Positions 11,069 through 21,210 of a stretch of DNA of 64,000 nt are shown piece after piece. The notes below the pieces were generated by a model, which did no database searches, was not told the DNA's origin, and saw only the letters and a program-made list of their open reading frames with translations. Made by a program: the position numbers and the translations under genes. Origin of the DNA: Geopsychrobacteraceae bacterium (GTDB lineage: Bacteria > Desulfobacterota > Desulfuromonadia > Desulfuromonadales > Geopsychrobacteraceae); the NCBI GenBank assembly GCA_963662315.1, contig OY759353.1, forward strand, positions 736,001 through 800,000, given 5' to 3'. The first letter of the stretch is position 1; each line of letters opens with the position of its first letter.

Positions 11069-11722
11069 ATGGAAACGGTTTATGGAATTGTTGGATTTTT
11101 TCAAAAAGGCGGATTGTTTATGTATCCAATTTTATTCGTCTTTACTATCGGGATGGCCATTTCTATCGAACGTTGGGTGCAACTGGCAAGAACCCGGCAG
11201 GAAAATTCCAGGGTGTGGAACAGACTGCAACCTCATTTGAGTAAAGGTGAATTTGATACGGTTATGGGAATGATCGAGAAGGACAAATCTACGATTGCAC
11301 AAATGCTGTCCTTGGGACTCGCCAGGCAGGGCGCGGTTAAGCGACGTGAAGATATTGAAATAGCGATGGAAGAGGGCATGATGGAGATAATTCCTCAGTT
11401 GGAGAAAAGAACCCCTTATATCGGACTTTTATCCAATATCGCAACTCTTCTGGGGCTTTTAGGGACTATTATGGGTCTGATTGAGGCTTTTACAGCAGTG
11501 GCTAACGCGAATCCGGCAGAAAAAGCTGACTTACTTTCAGCAAGTATCTCTGTGGCAATGAATACTACCGCATTCGGTCTTATGGCCGCTATTCCACTGT
11601 TGCTGATCCATGCCAAATTGACTTCTACAACCGGACAAATTGTTGACAGTCTGGAGATGGCATCGGTTAAAGCCCTTAACAGTATTTCAACTTTCAGTAA
11701 ACGCCAGCACTCCTTGGGGTAG
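11069..11722 (+). CDS. MotA/TolQ/ExbB proton channel protein (AglR-like)
   Basis: ATLLGLLGTIMGLI and ISVAMNTTAFGL signature helices; RBS ggagga. Confidence 0.9.
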   Translation: METVYGIVGFFQKGGLFMYPILFVFTIGMAISIERWVQLARTRQENSRVWNRLQPHLSKGEFDTVMGMIEKDKSTIAQMLSLGLARQGAVKRREDIEIAMEEGMMEIIPQLEKRTPYIGLLSNIATLLGLLGTIMGLIEAFTAVANANPAEKADLLSASISVAMNTTAFGLMAAIPLLLIHAKLTSTTGQIVDSLEMASVKALNSISTFSKRQHSLG

Positions 11723-11725
11723 ATC

Positions 11726-12220
11726 ATGAGGCGAAGAACAGGTAAACGCAGGCGTACTCTAAGAGAAGCTCCTGAGCTTGATATCACAACATTTTTAAAT
11801 CTTATGGTTGTGCTGGTTCCGTTTCTGCTTATTAGTGCCGTTTTTTCACGGGTAACTATTCTTGAATTGAGTGTGCCGACCAATGGGGACGGCAGCGGAT
11901 CATCAAAGCCGGCTTATACCGTGGAAGTTGTTGTCCGTAAAAATGGTCTGGAGCTGAGCAATGGTATTCAGGTCGTTGCCGCATTACCCTTTAAGGAAGA
12001 TCATTATGATCTTGAAACTCTGTCAGAAATGTTAACACGATTAAAGGCGGACTATCCTGATAAAACTGATGCGACTGTCCTGATGGAACCGGATATTGAA
12101 TATGACACGTTGATTCAGGTTATGGATACCTTAAGGGAAAAAGAAATTCTTGTTGCTGATGCAACAGAACCTCAAAAACTTGAACTTTTTCCAGTTATTT
12201 CCATAGGAGATGCACCATGA
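11726..12220 (+). CDS. ExbD/TolR family protein (AglQ-like)
   Basis: ELDITTFLNLMVVLVPFLL transmembrane segment; YDTLIQVMD motif. Confidence 0.88.
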   Translation: MRRRTGKRRRTLREAPELDITTFLNLMVVLVPFLLISAVFSRVTILELSVPTNGDGSGSSKPAYTVEVVVRKNGLELSNGIQVVAALPFKEDHYDLETLSEMLTRLKADYPDKTDATVLMEPDIEYDTLIQVMDTLREKEILVADATEPQKLELFPVISIGDAP

Positions 12221-12711
12221 GGGGAACCCGCAGAATTAGACGTATGGAGCGTAATCGTAAACGTCTGGTTGGTTTAAATCTGACCTCATTAATGGATGTT
12301 TTCACAATTCTGGTGTTCTTCCTGTTGGCTAATTCATCGTCCAGTGAGGTGTTGTCAACTCCAAAACAGATTAACTTACCAACCTCTGTTGTTGAAGCTA
12401 AGCCTCGGGAAACAGTGGTTATTTTGGTCAGCTCAGAACATGTTCTGGTCCAGGGTAATCCCCTATTAAAAATGGAAGAACTCATCAATATTAAAACTGA
12501 TGAGATTCCTCAGTTAAGAGAGCGGCTTGAACAGTTGGATCAGAATATTATCGGTGTCAGCACAAAAGAGATTGTTGAAAATAAAGAGGTTACGGTCCTT
12601 GCTGACAAGACAATACCGTTCAGGGTGCTTAAAAAAATCATGTCAACATGTACGGCAACCGGTTTCGGCAGGATCTCTTTAGCTGTGACCCAAAAAGCCG
12701 CTAATACTTAA
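12217..12711 (+). CDS. ExbD/TolR family protein (AglS-like)
   Basis: LNLTSLMDVFTILVFFLL transmembrane segment; ADKTIPF motif. Confidence 0.88.
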   Translation: MRGTRRIRRMERNRKRLVGLNLTSLMDVFTILVFFLLANSSSSEVLSTPKQINLPTSVVEAKPRETVVILVSSEHVLVQGNPLLKMEELINIKTDEIPQLRERLEQLDQNIIGVSTKEIVENKEVTVLADKTIPFRVLKKIMSTCTATGFGRISLAVTQKAANT

Positions 12712-12722
12712 TTGGATATGTC

Positions 12723-14192
12723 GTGGAAAATTCAACTTTTACGCAGGATGTGGAACGGTTAGAGGAGCAAATTAGACCGTTACAGGAAGAACTTGTTGTT
12801 CTGGAGGTGGAACTGCGTGCCGTTGAGGCGGAAATTGATTCCTTGGCCAAGGAGCAGGTACAATTTTCGGTTCTGCAGGAGATCTGCCACTTATTGGATC
12901 AACTTAATAACCTTGATGCGATTCATCTGTTCTGGCAAGGACTTGAGAAAAAGATCAACCTTGCTGAGCATCGTACCAGGGTTGATTCTGTTCTAAAGAA
13001 CTATTTGGAGCAGCGTGAGGCTTTATTAAATCGAAGACATGCAGCTACAGAACGTATCAACAGTCATCAGAAAGTCATAAGCTATCTGGAGCAGGAGCTC
13101 GATGAACTTTATGATCAGGAAGAGGCGCGGTTAGAAGAATTCGTTGTTGTTCGAGACATCAGAACTCTGCCCTATCGAAAAATAATTATGCCATGGACAG
13201 TTGATAAGGAGAGCGAATCTTATCTTTATCGCTGTCTCGCGGTAGCGCTACTGATCTGCTTAGTTTTCGGCGGCCTGATTCCGATTTTCGATTTGCCGAT
13301 TCCAGATCGCGAGAACGTTATCATTGATGTACCAGAGCGATTTGCTATGTTACTCAAAGAGGAACATCATACTCCTCCGCCTGCAAAGGTTTTAGAAGAG
13401 TCTAAGCCTCAGAAATCAAAGGCTAAAAAGGTGAAGGAGGTAGCTACTGAACCAGACATGGCCAATAAAGAGAAACAGGTCAAAGCATCCAAGAAGGCTA
13501 ATGCTAATCGTGAAAAGACGGGCAAAGGAAACAAACCGGCAAAACGTAAAGCTGATACCCTTGGGGTTCTTGCATTTAAGAGCAACTTTAGTGACCTGAT
13601 AGATGATGTTCCTGTGGCCAAACTTGGAGCTTCGGCTAAAGTTACTAAACTTTCAGCCGGCATCGCTGGAGGTGCACAAGCCCATCGTTCCTTGGTCTCA
13701 ATAAACGCCAAGGGAGGGGCTAGCGAGGGGATCAGTAACTTTGGGGTCAGTCGGGATATTGGAAACGGTGGATCAGGAAGTGGCTCTGGCGGTGGTAGTG
13801 CCGGACAAATTGGTGGGGTTGCTACAGCTAAAGTGTCGAGTTCATTAGCCGATATGGTTGAGGAATCTGGCCGGCCCTTAAGTGATGATATGGCCTTTAC
13901 CAGGACCGATGAAGAAATACAGATTGTTTTCGATCGTTATAAAGCGTCCCTTTACCGTATATACAACACGGCGTTACGTAGTGATCCTACTTTGCAGGGG
14001 AAAATTTTAGTGCGCCTTTCAATACTGCCTGATGGTGCTGTTTCTTTCTGTGAGGTACAATCAACAAGCTTGGGTTCAGATGAGCTGGTGGAAAAAATAA
14101 TTGGCAGAATAAAACGGTTTAACTTTGGAGAAAAAGAAGGGGTAACAGTTGTTACCATCGATTATCCGATTGATTTTTTACCTGCAGGATAA
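12723..14192 (+). CDS. TonB-like energy transducer with AgmX/PglI-type C-terminal domain (GltG-like)
   Basis: Coiled-coil N-terminus, one TM helix, Lys/Pro/Gly-rich linker, C-terminal IYNTALRSDPTLQGKI...YPIDFLP. Confidence 0.8.
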   Translation: MENSTFTQDVERLEEQIRPLQEELVVLEVELRAVEAEIDSLAKEQVQFSVLQEICHLLDQLNNLDAIHLFWQGLEKKINLAEHRTRVDSVLKNYLEQREALLNRRHAATERINSHQKVISYLEQELDELYDQEEARLEEFVVVRDIRTLPYRKIIMPWTVDKESESYLYRCLAVALLICLVFGGLIPIFDLPIPDRENVIIDVPERFAMLLKEEHHTPPPAKVLEESKPQKSKAKKVKEVATEPDMANKEKQVKASKKANANREKTGKGNKPAKRKADTLGVLAFKSNFSDLIDDVPVAKLGASAKVTKLSAGIAGGAQAHRSLVSINAKGGASEGISNFGVSRDIGNGGSGSGSGGGSAGQIGGVATAKVSSSLADMVEESGRPLSDDMAFTRTDEEIQIVFDRYKASLYRIYNTALRSDPTLQGKILVRLSILPDGAVSFCEVQSTSLGSDELVEKIIGRIKRFNFGEKEGVTVVTIDYPIDFLPAG

Positions 14193-14201
14193 ACCATACA
14201 G

Positions 14202-14231
14202 CAGTGCAGACTGATCATTCAGTCTGCACTG
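14202..14231. terminator. 13-bp perfect hairpin between convergent genes
   Basis: CAGTGCAGACTGA-tcat-TCAGTCTGCACTG. Confidence 0.55.
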
Positions 14232-14827
14232 TGTTTCTGACACCAATTTCTAATCGCTTTTAATTCACCGTAAGTCAGATTGGGCCTGAGTAGCTGGCTG
14301 GCGTGCTCACGATAAGCCGCCACTTCAGGGAAACGACCAGTCAAACTGGTTAATTCCCGTTTCGCTGGACAGTCTTCATGAACCGGTTTGAGATCTTCCA
14401 GGTGAGTGATGACCTGCTTAACTTTGCAGCCCAGGTTTGCTCCGATGAGAACGATTGAGCTTCCTGCACATGCTGCGACAGCGCTGGCGTATACGGGTTG
14501 TTTCATCCACCAGACCAACAACAGCAGATCAATCAAAATAACCCCAATGGCTGTTACACCGATTGATGCTTTATCCGAAATGCTGAGTGGCTTGTGTACC
14601 GAATTGGCTAACGCTATGGCACATGCAGAAGGAAAAATAACAGCGGCGAGGGTGGCTCGGCCTGACAATAGGTCAAAGTAATAAAGCCCGCCGAATAACA
14701 GACCATGAAGCAGGTCAGACAGACAACTATAGATCAGTTGCTGTTTTTTTTCTGCTTTGAGCTTTTGCTGCACATCCTTTAATTCAAAAGCCGTTGGCGG
14801 CTCGCATTGGTCATCGAAGTAAAACAT
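14219..14827 (-). CDS. Hypothetical membrane protein
   Basis: 202 aa with about 4 hydrophobic helices; RBS aggagg. Confidence 0.7.
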   Translation of the reverse strand: MFYFDDQCEPPTAFELKDVQQKLKAEKKQQLIYSCLSDLLHGLLFGGLYYFDLLSGRATLAAVIFPSACAIALANSVHKPLSISDKASIGVTAIGVILIDLLLLVWWMKQPVYASAVAACAGSSIVLIGANLGCKVKQVITHLEDLKPVHEDCPAKRELTSLTGRFPEVAAYREHASQLLRPNLTYGELKAIRNWCQKHSAD

Positions 14828-14869
14828 CTTCCTCCTGACCTTTCATGGCATAACAGTATACTAACGACA

Positions 14870-15166
14870 TTATTTGCCGGGCAGAACGATTTGGGGTTCT
14901 TCAGCCTGGCGGTATAGTAAAAAAGTGCGGCCTAAGATTTGGGCAATCTGTGCGCCAGTGCTATCAGCCAGCTGTTGGGCCACCTCTTTGCGGTCACCAA
15001 GACACCCTTCCTGCAGTCTGACTTTAATCAGTTCGTGGCTATCTAAAGCTTCTTCCGTTGCGGCAATAACAGCCGGATTGACTTCTTCTTTGCCAATCAT
15101 AACGACCGGGTTAAGGTGATGACCTAGCCCACGTAAAAAGCGTACCTGTTTACCTGTAAGTTTCAT
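14870..15166 (-). CDS. yhbY: Ribosome assembly RNA-binding protein YhbY (CRM domain)
   Basis: LTGKQVRFLRGLGHHLNPVVMIGK...HELIKV...QILGRTFLLYR. Confidence 0.95.
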   Translation of the reverse strand: MKLTGKQVRFLRGLGHHLNPVVMIGKEEVNPAVIAATEEALDSHELIKVRLQEGCLGDRKEVAQQLADSTGAQIAQILGRTFLLYRQAEEPQIVLPGK

Positions 15167-15178
15167 TAGTGCTCCAAT

Positions 15179-15505
15179 TTAGGGTAAAATAACGCCTGCC
15201 AGCCAATAAAGCAACATGCCAATGAAGACTGTTCCCCCAAGGCTGCGGGTTTTTATAGCAAATAGTAATGTTGGAATTGCAACGAGCAGTTCCGGTTTGC
15301 CGAACTCCAGCGTTCGTGATGTCGTATCCGTGAACAATGCAGGCGCCAGCAACGCACTTAATATAGCGACCGGAATCAAGCTTAGCCAGTCTGTCAGCCA
15401 CTGTGGCAGTTGTTTGTGTGCCAGATAGATAAGAGGCAAGGCTCTGGGAAGATAGGTGACCAGCCCCATACCTAAAAAAAGGTACAGGTAAGAGCCAAAT
15501 GTCAT
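15179..15505 (-). CDS. azlD: AzlD family branched-chain amino acid exporter, small subunit
   Basis: GMGLVTYLPRALP...WLSLIPVAILSALL; overlaps the azlC stop. Confidence 0.85.
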   Translation of the reverse strand: MTFGSYLYLFLGMGLVTYLPRALPLIYLAHKQLPQWLTDWLSLIPVAILSALLAPALFTDTTSRTLEFGKPELLVAIPTLLFAIKTRSLGGTVFIGMLLYWLAGVILP

Positions 15506-16194
15506 TTTAGCCTCCAGTATCTTCTCTGGATAACATAACCAAGGGTTGCCGATATCACAGCGGCGCCGACAATATATGAATCTCCCGGAATCAGCAAGTA
15601 CCAAATTCCGGAAATGGACAGACTCAGAATGGCGGTAACGATATGAATACGGCTGTGAACCTGTAAGACCAGCAGGCAAATGAACATTGCGTATAAAGCA
15701 TAATCGATTCCAAATGCCCCTTTGGGGATAAATTGACCGATCAATGTTCCTGATACGGTAGATAAGATCCAAACAAAGTTGGCGACATGATTGACAGCTA
15801 ATGCTTGAAAGCGATTCCAGGTGCCACCTTTAAAAAGAGCCATATTGACAGCAAAGCTTTCATCAGTAATACCGTAAGCAAACAGGGCTAAAAATTTTCG
15901 ATTAACATTGGCAAGGTGAACCGCAAGGGCTGAACTCATGAGGGTATGCCGAAAATTTACAACAAAAGTGGTCAGGATAATTGCCAGCGGTGAGGCGGCA
16001 CTAACCAGCATAGACACGCAAATAAACTGAGAGCTTCCGGCAAAAATAATAACGGACATCATGGCGACTGCCCACCAGGGAATTCCAGCCTGCTGAGCTA
16101 ATACTCCAAGGGCCAGACCGATAGGAAAATAGCCAAGACAGATAGGCCAGGCTGCTATTGCTCCAGTCTTTAAATTGTGGGTTGGATTGCGCAT
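15502..16194 (-). CDS. azlC: AzlC family permease
   Basis: PICLGYFPIGLALG...FAGSSQF...VNFRH...ITDESFA. Confidence 0.92.
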   Translation of the reverse strand: MRNPTHNLKTGAIAAWPICLGYFPIGLALGVLAQQAGIPWWAVAMMSVIIFAGSSQFICVSMLVSAASPLAIILTTFVVNFRHTLMSSALAVHLANVNRKFLALFAYGITDESFAVNMALFKGGTWNRFQALAVNHVANFVWILSTVSGTLIGQFIPKGAFGIDYALYAMFICLLVLQVHSRIHIVTAILSLSISGIWYLLIPGDSYIVGAAVISATLGYVIQRRYWRLK

Positions 16195-16236
16195 GGTACC
16201 CCGGAACGAAAAAATTAATCTGAGTAGTGGATAAAC

Positions 16237-16267
16237 GAAAAGGGCACTATTATATGCCAGTGCCCTT
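16237..16267 (-). terminator. Intrinsic terminator after the ABC ATPase gene
   Basis: AAGGGCACT/AGTGCCCTT stem followed by a T-rich tract on the minus strand. Confidence 0.55.
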
Positions 16268-16292
16268 GTAGGTTTCGCGCTGTGACTTTACA

Positions 16293-17027
16293 TCAAAGCA
16301 CCTGTTTTAGAAATGCTTGAGCTCTTTCTTCGCGCGGGTTGGTAAAGAAATGTTCTGGAGTGCCTTCTTCTACCAGTCGACCATGGTCCATGAAGAGGAC
16401 GCGGTCAGCAACTTCTCGGGCAAAACCCATTTCATGGGTGACCACCACCATGGTCATCCCTTCACGCGCAAGCTGTTTCATAACTTCCAGAACTTCACCA
16501 ACCATTTCCGGATCAAGGGCACTTGTCGGTTCATCAAAAAGCATGATCTGAGGATCCATGGCCAGCGCTCTGGCTATAGCGACACGTTGTTGCTGCCCGC
16601 CGGAAAGGCGAATGGGGTATTCTTTTTCTTTTTCTGCGATTCCTACCTTTTTTAGGAGTTCTCTCCCTTTGGCTTCGGCTTCACTGCGGGTTCGTTTACG
16701 GACAACCCTCTGGGCCAGGACAAGGTTTTCCAGTACTGTTTTATGGGGAAACAGGTTGAACTGCTGAAAGACCATGCCAACCTCGCGACGCACTTTATTC
16801 AGGTCGGTTTTGCGATCAGCCAGGTCGACACCATTAATATGAATGTGCCCTGAGGTGAAGGTTTCAAGACCATTCAGGCAGCGTAGGTAGGTGGATTTCC
16901 CAGATCCTGACGGACCGATGATAACAACCACTTCTCCCGACTTAATGTGGGCGGAAACGCCATCAACCGCGTGAACTGTCTGGCCCCGACCGATAAAGGT
17001 TTTTTTTAAATCAACTGTTTTAATCAC
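16293..17027 (-). CDS. Polar amino-acid ABC transporter ATP-binding protein (GlnQ family)
   Basis: [38 protein letters not shown] start inferred. Confidence 0.95.
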   Translation of the reverse strand: MIKTVDLKKTFIGRGQTVHAVDGVSAHIKSGEVVVIIGPSGSGKSTYLRCLNGLETFTSGHIHINGVDLADRKTDLNKVRREVGMVFQQFNLFPHKTVLENLVLAQRVVRKRTRSEAEAKGRELLKKVGIAEKEKEYPIRLSGGQQQRVAIARALAMDPQIMLFDEPTSALDPEMVGEVLEVMKQLAREGMTMVVVTHEMGFAREVADRVLFMDHGRLVEEGTPEHFFTNPREERAQAFLKQVL

Positions 17028-17979
17028 TGACTGCAAGCCTCCGTTCAACCCAGGCAATAACTTGCGACAGGGATAAGGTTAGAATGAGATACAGTAGGGC
17101 AACAACAAACCAGATCTCAAAGGTAGCAAAGGTGGAAGTGATAACTTCGCGACCACTTTTGGTTAAATCGGTGATGGCAATGACTGATACCAGAGACGAA
17201 TCTTTGATCAGGCTGATAAACTGACCGGCCAGCGGGGGCAGGGTCCGTTTAAAGGCCTGGGGCAGGATAATGTGAATCATGGCTTGCGGAACGTTCATTC
17301 CCAGCGACCGGGCTGCTTCCATCTGCCCTTTGGGGATAGACTGGATTCCGGCTCTGATGATTTCGGCGACATAGGCACCGGCAAAAACAGCAAGCGCACT
17401 GATCCCTGCAACAGTACGGCTGATATCGAGAACCGTACCGAGGAAAAAATAGAAAATAAAAATCTGCACCAAAAGCGGCGTGCCACGAATCAGTTCTATA
17501 TAAAGAATAGACAGCTGGCGCAGTGTGATATTGCTTGAAACCCGACACAGTCCAGTCACCAAGCCAATAATCAGACCGACGATACTCGCGGCAGCGGACA
17601 ACCACAATGTTGTCAATAGACCGAGTACCAACGGGCCTGCTTTCCATATGAAGGTTGAACCGATGGCATCACCTTCAAACAGATCATCATACTCGCTGAC
17701 TTTAATAGTCTGTGGCTTAACGACGAAGTCTTTTACTTCGTCATTTTCACTGCGAACGGTAACCGTGGCTTTATCATTTGTAACGGAAATTTTTTCGACG
17801 CGGCCATCAAATGGAACCGTTGTGATTTTTTCCTGATGGTAAACGAAATACTGAGGAACTCGATTCCAGCGCCAAGTGTAGTCAATCTTTTTTGTGGCAG
17901 CCCAGAGACCTCCAGCAAGACCGATAAGGATCAGGAGCGTCAATAATCTCCAGAGCAGATTGTTATATTCTCTTTTCAC
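17020..17979 (-). CDS. Polar amino-acid ABC transporter permease
   Basis: [38 protein letters not shown] start inferred. Confidence 0.92.
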   Translation of the reverse strand: MKREYNNLLWRLLTLLILIGLAGGLWAATKKIDYTWRWNRVPQYFVYHQEKITTVPFDGRVEKISVTNDKATVTVRSENDEVKDFVVKPQTIKVSEYDDLFEGDAIGSTFIWKAGPLVLGLLTTLWLSAAASIVGLIIGLVTGLCRVSSNITLRQLSILYIELIRGTPLLVQIFIFYFFLGTVLDISRTVAGISALAVFAGAYVAEIIRAGIQSIPKGQMEAARSLGMNVPQAMIHIILPQAFKRTLPPLAGQFISLIKDSSLVSVIAITDLTKSGREVITSTFATFEIWFVVALLYLILTLSLSQVIAWVERRLAVSD

Positions 17980-18040
17980 CTGAAGGGGCTTTCTCTTGTT
18001 GGGGTTTGAAGATTCTTTGTCAAGCTTGCAGAAAATCAGA

Positions 18041-18076
18041 CGGGCTGCATTGATCAATGCTGATCAATGCAGCCCG
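18041..18076. repeat. Perfect 16-bp inverted repeat between the binding-protein and permease genes
   Basis: CGGGCTGCATTGATCA-atgc-TGATCAATGCAGCCCG. Confidence 0.8.
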
Positions 18077-18090
18077 CAATGGTTAAGAAA

Positions 18091-18894
18091 TTAGTGTTGA
18101 ACCTGCTTTAGCCATTCGTCGCTGAGGAACCATTTTTTATAAATTTTGTCATAGGTTCCGTCATTCTTGATCTGGTTTAAGAAATTGTTGAGCCAGTTGA
18201 CAAGGTCAGCGTTACCACGGCGAACGGCCCAACCTACTGGTTCATAGGTGAATGGTTCGTTCAAAAAAACAAGGCTGCCATTGTTCTTTTCTGCATTAGC
18301 AATAGACATGAAGGGCAGGTCGTAAACAAAGGCATCCACTTTGCCGTTGATCAGATCCATAACCCCTTCCTGCTCTGTTTCAAAGGAGACGTATTTTGCT
18401 TTTGGGATCAAGCGTTTGACAGCCTGCTCACCGGTAGTGCCGAGTTTGGATGCAATGGTGAATTTAGGATTGTTGAGATCTTTGTAGGACTTAACTTCGT
18501 TAGCAAATTCTTTTTTAAGAAGAATGGATTGGCCAACTACAAGAGGGGGGTTGGCAAAATTAACCTGTAAATTTCTTTCTTGAGTCAAGGTCATACCGCT
18601 CATTATTATATCGTATTTTTTAGTAAGCAGGCCTGGAATGATTCCGTCCCAGGCGGTGCTGACCAGTTCAAGTTTTACATTCATTGCCTTCGCTATACGT
18701 TTGGCCATGTCGACGTCGAAACCAATAATTTCACCGCGTTGATTGGTCATTTCAAATGGCATATAGCCAGGTTCTAGGCCAACTCTGAGGCTGCCTCTTT
18801 CAAGAATATCATCAAGAGTGTCTGCACTTGCAACGCCAGAAAATGTCAGCGCAAGAACGAACAATAATGCAAATACGGATTTAACAAGTTTCAT
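18091..18894 (-). CDS. Amino-acid ABC transporter substrate-binding protein (family 3)
   Basis: Signal peptide; LRVGLEPGYMPFE, GFDVD, WDGIIPGL motifs. Confidence 0.93.
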   Translation of the reverse strand: MKLVKSVFALLFVLALTFSGVASADTLDDILERGSLRVGLEPGYMPFEMTNQRGEIIGFDVDMAKRIAKAMNVKLELVSTAWDGIIPGLLTKKYDIIMSGMTLTQERNLQVNFANPPLVVGQSILLKKEFANEVKSYKDLNNPKFTIASKLGTTGEQAVKRLIPKAKYVSFETEQEGVMDLINGKVDAFVYDLPFMSIANAEKNNGSLVFLNEPFTYEPVGWAVRRGNADLVNWLNNFLNQIKNDGTYDKIYKKWFLSDEWLKQVQH

Positions 18895-18966
18895 TGCATG
18901 GTCCTCCATCAGTAGTTAAGTTGGCTTTGAGTTGTGTCGAAAAATATCTGTCGACGGTTAATACTT

Positions 18967-19131
18967 TCAGTAAGATTTACCTTCATCAAGAAGTTCTGAT
19001 ATTAACATTTGGACTTGGCATTTAGGGCAGAGGGGTAGATCTTCTACGGGAATATATATAATCTCTGTGACGCGACAAATTGGACAGATTACCTCTATGG
19101 GTTCATTTTTTGAACGATCTGTATGGTCCAT
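18967..19131 (-). CDS. Small zinc-ribbon protein (54 aa)
   Basis: CPIC...CPKC; AGGA upstream of ATG. Confidence 0.6.
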   Translation of the reverse strand: MDHTDRSKNEPIEVICPICRVTEIIYIPVEDLPLCPKCQVQMLISELLDEGKSY

Positions 19132-19406
19132 AAAATTCCTAGTCATGAACTGAAATGTGGCAGATGCCAAATTTTCCTTATAGCATAAGGTGGTAGGCTG
19201 AACAAGGGTAGAGTCCCTGTGTGGATAAAAAATCAGCATTCATTTTCCTCGAATGAAGAACGTTCATGAAGCAGTACGAAAGGCGACATGGCTTTGTCGT
19301 GTTTTGCCTGTGATATTTGCTTTCCTTTATTCTTTACAAATGAAAACGATCGGGACTATTATTGGCGGTTAAAAATTCAACTTGCAAAGGTGTGAAGTCG
19401 AGATTT

Positions 19407-21206
19407 ATGAATCAGAAAAATATCCGAAATTTTTCAATTATTGCTCATATTGACCATGGTAAGTCCACGTTGGCCGACCGTCTTCTTGAAAAGACAGGCG
19501 CATTGAGTGAGCGCGAACGTTCTGATCAGTACCTGGATAAAATGGAGCTTGAAAGAGAACGCGGTATCACCATTAAATCTCAGGCTGTGCGCCTGCCTTA
19601 TAAAGCCTCTGATGGTCAGGACTATATTCTAAATCTTATTGATACCCCCGGGCATGTTGACTTTTCCTATGAGGTCAGCCGCTCTCTTTCTGCCTGCGAA
19701 GGAGCCATGCTGGTTGTTGATGCGGCTCAGGGGGTTGAAGCCCAGACACTGGCCAATGTGTACATGGCGATTGATCAGGATCTGGAAGTCTTTCCGGTAA
19801 TTAATAAAATAGATCTCCCAAGCGCTGAGCCTGAACGGATTAAAGCTGAAATTGAAGAGATTATTGGTCTGGATGCGAGTGATGCTATTTTAGCCAGTGC
19901 CAAAGCTGGCCTGGGGATTGATGAAATTCTCGAAGCTGTTGTCAAGAAGGTACCTGCGCCTGCCGGTGACCCTAATGCTCCGTTAAAAGCATTAACCTTC
20001 GATTCCTGGTACGATTCATATCAAGGGGTTGTGGTGCTTACACGGGTGGTTGATGGAACCGTCAAAAAAGGAGATAAGATCAAATTGATGGCAACCAAAG
20101 GGGTCTATGAAGTACAGAAGGTTGGAGCTTTTTGTCCCCAACCTCTTGAACTGCCCCAATTGGCGGCTGGAGAAGTTGGTTTTCTGATCGCCGGGATCAA
20201 AGTTGTTGAGGATGCCAAAGTTGGTGATACCATTACCCATCTGCATGCTCCAGCCGAGGTGGCCCTGCCAGGGTATCAGGATGTTAAGCCGATGGTTTTT
20301 TCCGGGCTGTATCCCATTGATTCGGGCGATTATGACGCCCTGCGTGATGCCCTGGAAAAATTGCGCCTTAATGATGCGGCATTCTCTTTTGAGCCGGAAA
20401 ACTCCCTAGCCCTTGGTTTTGGGTTCCGTTGCGGTTTCCTGGGTCTTTTGCATATGGAGATTATCCAGGAGCGTCTGGAGCGTGAGTTTGATGTCGATCT
20501 GATTACCACTGCACCGACTGTTGTTTATCATGTGACGACGACCAAGGGTGAGCATCTTAAAGTTGAGAGCGCGAATATGCTCCCCGACGTTCAGAATATT
20601 CAGACGATTGAAGAGCCTTTTGTTGTGGCTTCAATCCATGTTCCCAATGAATATGTTGGTTCGGTGTTGAGTCTGTGTATTGAAAAACGAGGCGTCCAGC
20701 GGGAAATTAAATATCTCACGGCCAATCGTGTCATGGTTGTTTTTGAACTGCCGCTTAATGAAATAGTGCTCGACTTTTTTGACCGTTTGAAATCAATTAC
20801 GCGTGGTTACGCTTCTTTGGATTATGAACACCTTGATTTTAGACCCAGTCGTCTTGTGCGTCTTAATGTTCTTATCAACGGAGATGTTGTTGATGCTTTG
20901 TCGCTGATTGTTCACAACGACAAAGCACAATTCCGAGGTCGTGAGCTGGTCAGCAAAATGAAAGAATTTATCCCTCGTCAACAATACGAGGTTGCAATTC
21001 AGGCCGCTATTGGTAATAAGATTATTGCTCGATCAACTGTCAAGGCACTGCGTAAGGACGTTACCGCCAAATGTTATGGTGGAGACATAACACGTAAACG
21101 AAAACTGCTCGAGAAGCAGAAAGCCGGTAAAAAACGGATGAAACAGGTTGGCAGCGTTGAGCTGCCCCAAGATGCGTTTTTGGCCATACTTAAGGTTAAA
21201 GAGTAG
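19407..21206 (+). CDS. lepA: Elongation factor 4
   Basis: [20 protein letters not shown]...[23 protein letters not shown]. Confidence 0.98.
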   Translation: MNQKNIRNFSIIAHIDHGKSTLADRLLEKTGALSERERSDQYLDKMELERERGITIKSQAVRLPYKASDGQDYILNLIDTPGHVDFSYEVSRSLSACEGAMLVVDAAQGVEAQTLANVYMAIDQDLEVFPVINKIDLPSAEPERIKAEIEEIIGLDASDAILASAKAGLGIDEILEAVVKKVPAPAGDPNAPLKALTFDSWYDSYQGVVVLTRVVDGTVKKGDKIKLMATKGVYEVQKVGAFCPQPLELPQLAAGEVGFLIAGIKVVEDAKVGDTITHLHAPAEVALPGYQDVKPMVFSGLYPIDSGDYDALRDALEKLRLNDAAFSFEPENSLALGFGFRCGFLGLLHMEIIQERLEREFDVDLITTAPTVVYHVTTTKGEHLKVESANMLPDVQNIQTIEEPFVVASIHVPNEYVGSVLSLCIEKRGVQREIKYLTANRVMVVFELPLNEIVLDFFDRLKSITRGYASLDYEHLDFRPSRLVRLNVLINGDVVDALSLIVHNDKAQFRGRELVSKMKEFIPRQQYEVAIQAAIGNKIIARSTVKALRKDVTAKCYGGDITRKRKLLEKQKAGKKRMKQVGSVELPQDAFLAILKVKE

Positions 21207-21210
21207 ACAA

